Below are positions 28,141 to 39,889 of a DNA stretch of 64,000 bases, in pieces. The notes under the pieces were generated by a model. That model was not told the origin of the DNA. It saw only the letters and a list, made by a program, of their open reading frames with translations, and did not search any database. A program made the translations under genes and the position numbers. Origin of the DNA: Neocallimastix sp. 'constans' (Eukaryota). How positions within the stretch are numbered: the stretch's first letter is position 1; the number at the start of each line of letters is the position of its first letter. Location: positions 248,001 to 312,000 of the forward strand of contig JBODTK010000109.1 of assembly GCA_050613775.1 (NCBI GenBank), read 5' to 3'.

Positions 28141-28909
28141 TGGTAGAATTAGCCTGAATCGAGTAGAATATTTCCTTAAACTGGTAGAATAGCCTGAATC
28201 GAGTTGAATATTTCCTTAAACTGGTAGAATTAGCCTAAATCGAGTAGAATATTTCCTTAAACTGGTAGAATAGCCTGAATCGAGTTGAATATTTCCTTAA
28301 ACTGGTAGAATTAGCCTAAATCGAGTAGAATATTTCCTTAAACTGGTAGAATAGCCTGAATCGAGTTGAATATTTCCTTAAACTGGTAGAATTAGCCTAA
28401 ATCGAGTAGAATATTTCCTTAAACTGGTAGAATAGCCTGAATCGAGTTGAATATTTCCTTAAACTGGTAGAATTAGCCTAAATCGAGTAGAATATTTCCT
28501 TAAACTGGTAGAATAGCCTGAATCGAGTTGAATATTTCCTTAAACTGGTAGAATTAGCCTAAATCGAGTAGAATATTTCCTTAAACTGGTAGAATAGCCT
28601 GAATCGAGTTGAATATTTCCTTAAACTGGTAGAATTAGCCTAAATCGAGTAGAATATTTCCTTAAACTGGTAGAATAGCCTGAATCGAGTTGAATATTTC
28701 CTTAAACTGGTAGAATTAGCCTAAATCGAGTAGAATATTTCCTTAAACTGGTAGAATAGCCTGAATCGAGTTGAATATTTCCTTAAACTGGTAGAATTAG
28801 CCTAAATCGAGTAGAATATTTCCTTAAACTGGTAGAATAGCCTGAATCGAGTTGAATATTTCCTTAAACTGGTAGAATTAGCCTAAATCGAGTAGAATAT
28901 TTCCTTAAA
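28140..28909 (-). repeat. Tandem array of 19 alternating 41-bp and 40-bp units (81-bp dimer) in the chromovirus 5' leader
   Basis: Plus-strand units A=CTGGTAGAATTAGCCTAAATCGAGTAGAATATTTCCTTAAA and B=CTGGTAGAATAGCCTGAATCGAGTTGAATATTTCCTTAAA; preceded by T37 at 28100-28136. Confidence 0.95.
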
Positions 28910-29117
28910 CTGGTAGCGATATCCTAAAGCTGGTAGCAATAATCTAAAATTGTGAGTATTCCAAAGTCGGTAGTGTCAAAAGTGGGTAGCTTCTAAAAAT
29001 CCTTGGTAAAAATATCTGGTAAAAATATCTTGATTCAAGCCACAAATAAGCCACAAAAGAGTCACGTGTTTTAAATATTTTTTATTGATTTATAACGTAT
29101 TTTTGTTTGTTTAAAAG

Positions 29118-29128
29118 GTAATTGTTAT
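29118..29128 (-). promoter_or_regulatory. Chromovirus primer-binding site, self-priming type
   Basis: ATAACAATTAC directly follows the 5' LTR. It is complementary to LTR sequence GTAATTGTTAT (29291-29281) and lacks the TGG of a tRNA 3'-end PBS. Confidence 0.8.
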
Positions 29129-29900
29129 TATAAAGTTTTGATAAAAAAAATAGATTATAAATCAACACTTCAATAATAACACTAAAACACAAAATAATAG
29201 TTTTAAAGAACAAGTTTTATTAATTTTTTAAATATTAAAATCTTTATTTATTTTAAAGTGTTATTAACAAGAAATCGTTAATAACAATTACATCGATTAA
29301 AATACATGAAATTTGATAACTATTTATATTTTTATCTTATTGCATTTATAATATATAATTCCTATTGAATTATATTATCTAGCTATTTATTTAAAACAGT
29401 ACTAACCTAAACTAATAATAAATAATTAACTATTACTAAATAAAGAGAATTATAATTAATAACTAAAATAAATATAATCAATTCTAATTGAGTTCATTTA
29501 TTATTTATTTATTATTTAAATATTATTAGTAAATTTATTATATATTTTCTATTTAAAAATAATATAAAAGTTGTCATAATTATTTAATATAAATTTAGCA
29601 TAAAATGCCGTAAGTTTCAACATGACTAATTGCATAGTTTCATGTTGTTAATTTATCTTGTGAAAAACCTTAACTCTTATTATTTAAATTAAATTACATA
29701 AAAAGAAATGATTTTCAAATACTAGTTTCACAAGAGAAATTTTTAATTTATTAGTATGATTGGGAAAAAATCGGAATTATGTTAAAAATATTTTCAATAA
29801 TTTTATACACGTGATTTCAAATAAATTTATTTTAATTTTTACTTAAATTTATGATTAAATTTAATTAAAATTATTTAAAGATATTAATAATATCTTTACA
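29129..29900 (-). repeat. Chromovirus 5' LTR (772 bp) with candidate TATA box TATAAATA at 29328-29321
   Basis: Direct repeat of 22186-22957. Confidence 0.95.
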
Positions 29901-30132
29901 CAGGAGCTTGCGGCAACATTTTGGTAATTAATTTAGTAATTACCTTGTTGATAACATCGTTGACATTGGGGTTGTAATCAAAACCTACATCATTAAGTTT
30001 TCCAACGACGTCGACTTCCATGAATTCCTTAATACCTTGACGTTTAGCGGCATTGTCAATAAGGAATTTCCACTCATTAAAGTTGGATTTTCCATGGAGG
30101 CGTTGGTCCTTAGCTAAGTTAAAGTCTTGCAT
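29901..30132 (-). CDS. Copia Gag N-terminus, separated from the rest of the ORF by the chromovirus insertion
   Basis: MQDFNLAKDQRLHGKSNFNEWKF matches the copia gag N-terminal pattern (LxGxxNFxxW). It rejoins 22180 in frame (…QAP-AAPIRNN…) once one TSD copy is removed. Confidence 0.9.
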
Positions 30133-30193
30133 GATTTCGGAGCGGTGAAGCGAATTAATTAAGTACTTTTAATAATAAATAATATGAGTCAAC

Positions 30194-30207
30194 TGAGACT
30201 CTTAATC
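30194..30207 (-). promoter_or_regulatory. Copia primer-binding site complementary to the anticodon arm of tRNA-Lys(CUU)
   Basis: GATTAAGAGTCTCA directly follows the 5' LTR; its reverse complement TGAGACTCTTAATC is a tRNA-Lys(CUU) anticodon stem-loop sequence as recalled for eukaryotes. Confidence 0.75.
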
Positions 30208-30527
30208 TGTTAGCTTTATTAAATTTAGATCTATAATAATATTCCTTATGGAATATGGTATACAAGGGAAATAAGTGTATGATCTATCTTTCGGCTTTAA
30301 ATAAGTAATAAAGTCACATGTTACAACATGCGTTTTCCATAACATAAAATAAATTAAAAATTAATTAAATAAATATTAAAAGATAATTAACATAGATTTA
30401 TACAAGACGATAGATCATAATACATTTAAGTAATCATTAAATATAAATAAATAAATACACATAAATATAAATAAATACTATAAATAAATAAATTAAATAT
30501 ATAGTTAAATTATGAGTGCAGTCAACA
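30208..30527 (-). repeat. Copia 5' LTR (320 bp)
   Basis: Direct repeat of 16457-16776. Confidence 0.96.
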
Positions 30528-30589
<62 letters not shown>

Positions 30590-31668
30590 CATTATTATTA
30601 CAAGTGGTTTAAAATGAAAAAATTCATATTATCATGTACTCAAAGATCAAAGATAATATTAAAGATACTATTATTAATAAAACTATTTCCAAAAAAAAAA
30701 AAAAAAAAAAAAAAAAAAGCACTTAATTATCATTCAAATTAAGAATTCTTAGATGAAAAAATTTTTTGTTCTTCAGAGTTTCTACTAATTACTATCAATT
30801 AATAAAATTTTACGATTTTTAGATATATAATAGAAATTCTTACATTTAAAGAGATCAAAATTGAAATATTAATTTTATACAAATCATAAAGTTATAAAGA
30901 TTTTGAAGGAAAAAGAATACATTACTTCATGTAATAATAATAAAAATAAAACGTAAACCTAGTGTATATATGTCATTTATATTTTATTTTAGAAATATTT
31001 AATACATATTATTTTGTAAATTTTAATAATTGTTTATCATGTTTATCATTTAAAAATAAAATTTTGAAAATGTAAAAATGATTATAATATATATTCAATA
31101 TAATTATTTATTGAATTTATTAATTATATATATTAATTTATATTAAATAACAAATTACTTGTAAATATCCAGGTTTTTTTTTTTTTTACTCGAAATATTT
31201 ATGAAACTTTAAATTTTAATATTTATTAAATAAAAATTATTATAAAGTTTATTATAAAATGAACTTTAAATTATAATAAATTATAATTATATATAATTAA
31301 ATTATTATAGGAATTTATCTTTTTTCAAAGTTAATGTAATAATTTATTTTATATCTTAGTATTAATAAATTTATTTCAAATAACTGATGAAAAAAAATAC
31401 TTATTTTTTCATTTTATCATAAATAATTATAATTTTTACAATAATAATTTTTTTTATTCTAAAAAATAAAAAACAAAAAAAAAAACAAAAAAAAAAAAAT
31501 TTTTTTTTTCAGTTTTAAACAAATTTCATTAAGATAATATATATTATTATTATTTTAATTATTTTAATATATAATATATATATTTAAACTTAATTGTTGT
31601 AACATAATCATATTATAAAATATTTTAATATATTTTATAATAATTTTAAATTTTAAGTAAATATTGAT

Positions 31669-34320
31669 ATGGCCGATGAAATAAACAATAAAAAAAATAA
31701 AGTAATTTAAAGATTTATTGCTTTAACAATATAAGATATTTGCTATAAATATAATTATAATTTGATAAAAAAAAATAACAATATTTTTTATTAATCATGA
31801 ATAGAATGAAAATGATGACAATGTTGAAAAAAAAAACTTTAAATTATCAATTCTTCCATTTTTAAATCAATACTACTATAAAACGACATATATATTTAAT
31901 AATATAAATACTTATAAAAATGATGTAAAGTATTTTTGAATTATATTTAATAATATTATTGAAAATGTCATAATAAAACTATAAATATTAGTTCATCAAC
32001 TAATATACTATTATTAAAATCACTATTTACAATAATTATATAGATATTCCTTGATTTCATATTGGGCTATGGTATTTTAAGAATAAGTATGGATTAATTG
32101 TTTATATATTGTAATAATATTTAATATAATATCAACACATGATTTTAATATAAAGATTTCTTAATTTTATTTATTTTTAATTTCTTTTATATACTTAGAT
32201 AATATTCTTTTAAATAATTCATTTAATAATACATTCATAATTGGAATTACCATATTTTATATTTATATTTGGGAGTAAATTCATACTGCTTTATTCAAAT
32301 ATAATTATTAAATATTAAATTAGACTCTTAAAAAATAATATATTTAAATAAATTTAATTAATATAAAACTATTATATATATAAAATTTATATATTATTAT
32401 TATTATTATAAAATGAAATATATATAATTATTTATAATAAATAAATACATATTAAGGCATTGGTTCATTTTGGCACATCATTCTGATTTGGTTGGATTTC
32501 CTGAAACTATTAATTGGTTTTGTCAAATTATTAAATATGGAACATTTATGTTAACAATATTTTGTATTAGAGAAGATGTTTTAACTGAAATTAAAAAACC
32601 AAATTCTTTTTTCAATCTTTTTATAATTCTTTTAATAATTATTCGATTATATAGTCTCTTAACATATTTGATGGCTAATCCTGGACCAAAGTATATTATG
32701 ATCTGTCTTCCATTATATACTATGACATCAATAATACCTTTTATTATTTCTTTTTTAATAGAAAAATCAGTTATGAAAAAATATTTAATGTGGTATATTA
32801 CTTTTATTTTGGATATTATTTTTTATTTTGTAATAATATATATTCAAAGTAAAATATATTCAAATCTAAATTTACAAAATGATTCAAATATTTCTTCAAA
32901 AAAATATCCTATTTTTAATAAAAAGAATTGGATTGAAAGATTTTCTATGCTTACAATTTTAACATTAGGTTAGTATATATAAATATATGATAGTATTCAA
33001 TAAATTCAATATTAATATATATATATATATATATATTTTTTTTTTTTACAAAAAATATTATATATATCTACTATAATAACTAATAATATAATAATAGTTT
33101 TCCCATTGACATTCATTCCATCTTTAAATTTCTCAATTACATTTCATGATATTACTTATACTCTTATCATTGGAGTAATTCTTATTAGTATTGGATATTT
33201 ATATAATTCTGTAAATAATGTTTTAGCAATTAATCATGCTATAAATCTTATCTCACCTTTTTTTGGAAGTATGTGGAGGTTTTTGCATTTATCTTTGCAT
33301 TTAGGTATATCTTTAGTAGGTTTAGCATTAACAGATATTATTAAAAATATTTATGTATATCGCAATTATCCAAATAATTCATATGATGAAACACTTTCAC
33401 CTTCTCTTCCAACTCTTCCAACAACATATTATTCTGGATTAGAAAAATTTTATCAATCAGAAAAGTTTAGAAGTATATCTGCTGAAGCACCACCAAAATA
33501 TAAAAATGCTAATTTAGGAAAGGCTATTCATTCAATTGATGAAATTAAAGTATTATTGGCAATGGCGTTTTTACTAACATTTATTTCAGTTTTCTTAATG
33601 AAATTTCTACATAAATATTCAACTTCGGCTATAATTAATGATTCAGTAAATAATGATAATAATAAAGAAAATATTGAATATAATAAAAAAAAAAATAAAG
33701 AAGATTCACCTTTATCCTCTAAAACCAAAGATACTAAAGAATCATCAGTAAGTACCAACATTATTAAATCAAGTAATTATGCTTCAGATAAAATTTCTTC
33801 AGATGTTCAAAATGACATGGAGGCTGTCATATCAAGTGAAACAAATTGTAATATTAATAATTCAAATTCCAATATTAGTAGTACAGATGATCAATTAAAT
33901 ACTAAAAAATTCAATTTTTATAAATTAAATGATAATTTAAAGAATTCAATTATAGATTTAGCCAATAATAAAAAATTTGCTAGTCCCGAAGCTCATGATA
34001 TTATTAATAAATGTAGTAATGAAAAAATTGCCAATAATATAATGGAAATGAACAATAATGCTGTCATTACCACTTATGTTAATAATTCTTTAACAATTAT
34101 TTCATTTTTTATTTTTCTTTTCCAAATTTTATTGATCCTTCCTTTTTTAGTTTTTAATTATATGAAAATACCTATTTCAGTGTTATTAATATTAACATTT
34201 ATAATTGTAGAAATTGAATTATTAAGCGAATTACTTCTCCCACGAGTATTAAATATTACAAAAAAAGGAAAGAATATTAAAATATTAAAAATGTCAAATG
34301 ACAACAATATTAAAAATTAA
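31669..34320 (+). CDS. Multi-exon polytopic membrane protein, probably LtrA (low temperature requirement A)-like
   Basis: MADEINNKKNK|GT start; many hydrophobic segments; WIERFSMLTILTLG resembles the LtrA motif ERFxxxTIIxLGE; INHAI and LHLSLH His motifs. Small 5' exons are approximate. Confidence 0.6.
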
Positions 34321-34989
34321 TATAATAAAATAGTTAAAACAAATAACAAAAATATAAATGAAAATTTAATTAAAAATGATAACTATATTATATATTTTTA
34401 TTTAAAACAAAGCAAAAAGTTAAACAGAGACAAAACTAAAAACCAAAAAACAAACGAATAAATTAACAAACAAACAATCAAAAAAAAAAAAAAAAATTTT
34501 TTTTTTTCTATCATTATTCTTTATTTACTTTAAATATAAATAAAAAATAATAATAACAAATATTTTAATTGTCAACAAATATTTTATAATACTTTCGTGA
34601 TTACTATTTCCTCGTTTATTAATAAATTCAAAAATTTATAGTTATTACATTATTAGTTTTAATAGAAAACAAAAAAAATACTGTAATGTAAAATTGAAAT
34701 ATTACATAAATATATTTTACAAACTCTATTCAATTATTGTAAATAATAAATACAATTCATTATCATTTAATTTACTAAAATTTCGAAATTATTTTCTTTT
34801 AATTCTCATTTTCATTTTTATTTGTCTTATTTTTTATTTTTTATTTTTTATTTTTTATTTCTTATTTCTTATTTTTTTATTTTAATATTATTTTTTTTAA
34901 CATTTTGTTAACATTACTTTTTGCTTATCTTTTTAATTATTTATTGGGACGTAAATTATTTTACATATAATCTTTTGAATTGTTGTAAT

Positions 34990-35032
<43 letters not shown>

Positions 35033-35262
35033 GCATTTTATATGAAAGTTTTCTAAAATTGATTTCATTAATAACTTTTAACAAATTATAATTAAAATAT
35101 GCTTATAATAAATATTTAAATATTAATTCTATTTTTTTTTTTTTATTTTTATTTTTATTTTTTATCAAATACTGAACAATGTATTATCAAAATAATAATT
35201 ATATTTATTGATTATATATTAATATGTATTTTGATTTATATTTGTATTATATATTTTATATT

Positions 35263-36318
35263 TTATTCGGTTTTTTCAACACTTTTAATTTCAGGAATAT
35301 AATGCTTTAACATATTTTCAATGCCTTGCTTTAAAGTAAGTTCAGCCATAGAACATGATCGGCATGCACCCTTTAATTTAACATATACAACATTATCAAT
35401 ATAATCTACAAATTCAACATCTCCTCCATCTAATTGAATTGATGGTCTTATTCTAAATTCAATTAATTCTTTAATTTCATTGACAACCCCATTTTCAGAT
35501 TCCGTTTTTGTATGAGTCACTGGTTTAGCTTTTCCATCAGTTTTTATTAATATTGGATCACCTGATTCTACGTAATCAGTTATAATTGCATAAACGTCAG
35601 GTTTTAACATTTGCCATTCAGCATCATGTTCCTTCGTAATTGAAATATATTCAGAGGAAAATAAAACCGATTGAACACCTTCAATTTCCATTAATTCTTC
35701 AGCAAGTGGAGATGATTCTCTTGCTACTTCAATATTTAAAAATTCAAGGGTCTGATTATCTGGCAAAATACTTACACCTTTTGGCTTAAATTTTAAAGTA
35801 TTAATATTTGGTGTAGCATCTAATATAGTAAAACAATAAATGAGATATAAATTTAATCTTTGTGAAATGTATTTTAAATTTGAAATATTTATATAATTTA
35901 TATTATAATTTAAAATAATTCATACCAACATCAATAAACATATTACGAACTGAAATATTTAGTAATTATTTTTTAAAAAACAATTAATTATATAATTTTT
36001 ACTATTAGCAAAATTTTTCAAATTTATTTCTTCTTCTTATTATTCTTTAATATAAAAATATTAATAAATTATTAATAAATTATTAATATATCATTATATA
36101 CTTTGTTTTAATTTCAAGTAATCTTTTCCGGCATTAAAAGAATTTTTTACATAAAGATTAGAAGTGAATAAGGATCTTTTACTAGTTAAATTTATTTTAT
36201 ATTGTGAAATAGAAGTTATGGGAAATTTTAAATTTACACATTTATTAATTAATACATTTTTAGATGTGTTTTTTAATAAATTAAAACTTTGTGAAGTGAC
36301 TTTATTCAAATAGGCCAT
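35263..36318 (-). CDS. NFU1: NifU-like Fe-S cluster carrier Nfu1 with organellar presequence, 3 exons
   Basis: Basic/hydroxylated presequence; spliced MFIDVDATPNINTLKFKP; SSPLAEEL; RIRPSIQLDGGDVEF; GACRSC CxxC; GIENMLKHYIPEI. Confidence 0.93.
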
Positions 36319-37180
36319 CTTCCAATTTTTTATTTTTATAATTTATTAATTTCAGAGAATATTTTGTATTTAATTATAATAACTTTATTATTTTATATTT
36401 TTATATTTATATTTAAATTGTTCATTTTTCACCAATCATATTTATTTAAATAATTATTTAAAATTTTGTTAAGATTCTAAAACAAAACTATTTCAATATT
36501 CCAATTACTAATAGTAAATTAAATATATCAAATAATTAGTAAATTAAATATCAATTCAGATTCCAAAAAATAAAAATATAAGAATAATTTTATAAAATAT
36601 TATAATAAAAAAATAATAATTATCTATACATTATATTAATAATATTCCTATTATAATTATAAGCCACAAATCAATTTTACAAAAAATATATATGTAAATA
36701 ATAAATAAATATAAGTTAAAATATATATCTATTATTTTATTAAATATTTAAATACTTTTTTATTATAGCTAAATTGGTCCAAAGAATTCAATATATTTTA
36801 AATGTATTATTAATATATAATTATAGGTAAATTAAATATGAAAATAAATATAAATAATGTAGATTATATAATGTAGATTAAATTTCTTTATTAGATAGTT
36901 ATAAAAAAATTAGATTGTACATATTTATATAAATATAAAATACATATATTATTATATATTATATAATATATTAAATTTAGTAATTTGATCTTTTTTTTAT
37001 ATTAATCATTTAGAATATATGTTTTAATATATATTTATTCATATTTAAATATTACAATTCTAAAATTATATTAATTTTCTAATAAATATTAAAAAATATT
37101 TTTTATGTACAATTTCTTCTTCTTACACCTTAAAGTTTTGTCTATAAATAATTAAAAAAATCTTATAATTATAATTAAAG

Positions 37181-39008
37181 ATGTTCAGATACAGTAGGGA
37201 TCCAAGATTCTATCCACCACCACCACCAGAACCAAAAAAACAAACTTTTGTTCTTAATGGTAATCTACAACCACTACCACCACCAATGACCAAGCCTCCT
37301 ATGGTCAAACCACCTATGGTATATATTTAAAATAAATAATATATAATAATAAAAATTAGTAATCTTAAGAGTTTTGATTTATTATTTGTAGTATAAACTA
37401 TAAGAATATATAAATAAATAACAATATAAAAACCATTCTATAAATAAATCAAAAATCATATACATATTACATGTTTAAAATTGGCTTAATAAATAATAAT
37501 AGAAGTAAATAATTAATTAAATATATTTTTGTATATGCTGCATTATTTATTTTTTATTATATAAAAATTCAGCAATATCGTGCACTTGCTTTTAGAGATA
37601 TTGGTAAATCTATCGGTGATCTTTTAGGAAAGGATTATCCAATTAATGGAATAAAATTAGAAGCTAAATCAATAACTTCCAATGGTGTAGTAAGTATTAT
37701 TTAAAAATATTATTGAATATATCAAATTAATGTTATTAATATTAGTGAATAAAAAATTTAAATTTATAAATATAAATATAATAAAAGTTTTTTTTAGCTA
37801 ATGGTTTCAGAGATGCTAAGACTGGTGCTATTTCTGGTGAAATGAAAACTAAATACCATGACAAAACTAATGGTATAATTTTAATATTTTTTTTTTTTTT
37901 TTTTGAAGTTATTTATATTGCTAATAATTATAAATTAATTATTTTTTAAAAAAATTTTTTTTTTAGGTATTACATATACTGAATCATGGTCTTCAAATAA
38001 CGTACTTAGTTCAACAATTGAACTCTTTAATACTTTATCTCCTGGTTTAAAGTTAGAATTTAACGGTTCTTATAATCCAAGTAACGGGTATGCTTTAATA
38101 AAATTATTGACTCAAATATATTCTGAATTTTTTTTTTTTTTTCTTTTTATTAAATAAAAATTTATATAATTTAATTTAAAATTTTAATTTAGAAATAAGG
38201 GTACTAAAGTTACTGCTGAATATAGAAAGAATGGTATTTTCTCTCGCTGTAATGTTGATTTATTCAAAGGTCCAATTGTTAATAGTGATTTCTGTATAAA
38301 GTAAATATATTTATATATTTATTATTTAAAGTATACATAAATATTATATTATATTTAATATACCTAATTATAAATTATAAATATTTAATTTTATTTTGCA
38401 GTCAAAGAGGTTTACTTATTGGTGCTGAAACTGCGTACAATTTAAGAGATTCTAAACTTATCCGTTACAACCTTGGTGTTGGCTATAATGCTCCAGGTTA
38501 CAGTTTAGCATTACAAGCGTATGCTCAATTTTTTATGCTATAATTAATCATATAATCTTTAAAAGAATATAAAGTAATTTATAATTAATTTTTAATATTA
38601 TAGTTTTGAAGGTTTAAACACCTACTCAGCTTCTTACTTCCACAGAGTTAATCCACAAATTGAAGCAGGTACTAAAGCTACTTGGAACAAGAACAAAGCT
38701 GGTCCAGTTAACGTTGAATTCGGTACTAGATACATACTTAACAGAGATGCTTTCGTTAAGGTAATATTATAATAGATTATATATTCTTATGTAATGAGAT
38801 GAAAATTATTTATTTATTATTTTTAAATATATATTAATATTTATCTAATATTGAGTAGGCTAAGATTGATATGAATGGTAGACTTGGTCTTGGATTTGTT
38901 CAAAATCTTAACAATGGTATTAGAGTTAGTGTTGGTGGTAGTTTTGACACTAAAAGAATGAATGAAAATGTTCATAAAGTTGGTATGAACATTTCTTTCA
39001 ACCAATAA
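37181..39008 (+). CDS. POR1: Voltage-dependent anion channel (mitochondrial/hydrogenosomal porin), about 8 exons
   Basis: AFRDIGKSIGDLLGKDYP; GITYTESWSSNNVL; SASYFHRVNPQIEAG; FVKAKIDMNGRLGL; HKVGMNISFNQ* (stop 39006-39008). Confidence 0.9.
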
Positions 39009-39387
39009 ATGATATAAGGTTCCAAAATACATTACTTTTTATGAAATAAAACGACAAATAAAAGTTATAAATATAAATAGCAATGCAATATGTATATATA
39101 TAATTAATACAATATATATATAAAGAAAAAACTTTTATTTAAAAAAAATTATTTTGATACTTTTTTTTATATACTTTTATTAGTTGAACTTCTTCATAAA
39201 TTATCTATTGTTAATGTATTTAATAAAAGTTATTAAAATTATAAAACAATCATGCATTTATTAATTTAATTCTATTTATTAAATGTTTTTTCTTCATAAA
39301 GGTAATAATATATATAAATTAAATTAAAAAATACTTCTTAAATAATTCAAAATCAATTCATATATACTTTTTTTTTTTTTTTTTTTA

Positions 39388-39419
<32 letters not shown>

Positions 39420-39525
39420 GATAACTAAATAAATAAACAATTATTGGATCACCTTAAAAATAAGATTTCTTCTTAATAAAAATTAAATAAAATAAAAGAT
39501 AAAATAAATAAAAGATGGAAGTGAA

Positions 39526-39562
<37 letters not shown>

Positions 39563-39889
39563 ATTTTTAGAAATAATGAAATTTCATAAATAAAAACTAT
39601 GATTGTAAAAATAATAAAATTTAATATATATTTTATATTTTAATAATTGATAATAATAATTAGTTATAGTCTATAAATAATTAATAAAATAAGAAGAAAT
39701 ATTATAATAAAATAAAAATAATATATAAAATGAAATGCAAATATAAATAATAAAAAAACAAAATTTCGAAAATTAAAATTTACTATTATTATAGATTTAT
39801 AAAATTATAGTGTATTTTCAAATAAATTAATATTTATAGTATTTAAGTCACTTTTTTTTTTTTTTTTTCACAAAAAAAAAAAAAAAAAA

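Larger units (their letters stand above)
22186..29900 (-). mobile_element. Intact Ty3/gypsy chromovirus LTR retrotransposon nested in copia gag
   Basis: LTRs 22186-22957 and 29129-29900 (772 bp each, identical by eye); TSD CAGGA at 22181-22185 and 29901-29905; PPT AAGGGCGAGAT; single ORF gag-PR-RT-RH-IN-chromodomain. Confidence 0.97.
16457..30527 (-). mobile_element. Full-length Ty1/copia LTR retrotransposon, interrupted in gag by a nested chromovirus
   Basis: LTRs 16457-16776 and 30208-30527 (320 bp, TG...CA, identical by eye); TSD ATTAT (16452-16456/30528-30532); PPT AGGGGGAG at 16784-16777; gag-PR-IN-RT-RH order. Confidence 0.97.

Noticed and set aside
28140..28909. CRISPR-like array
   Set aside because: No unique spacers, only two alternating near-identical units; no cas genes; lies in a eukaryotic retrotransposon leader.
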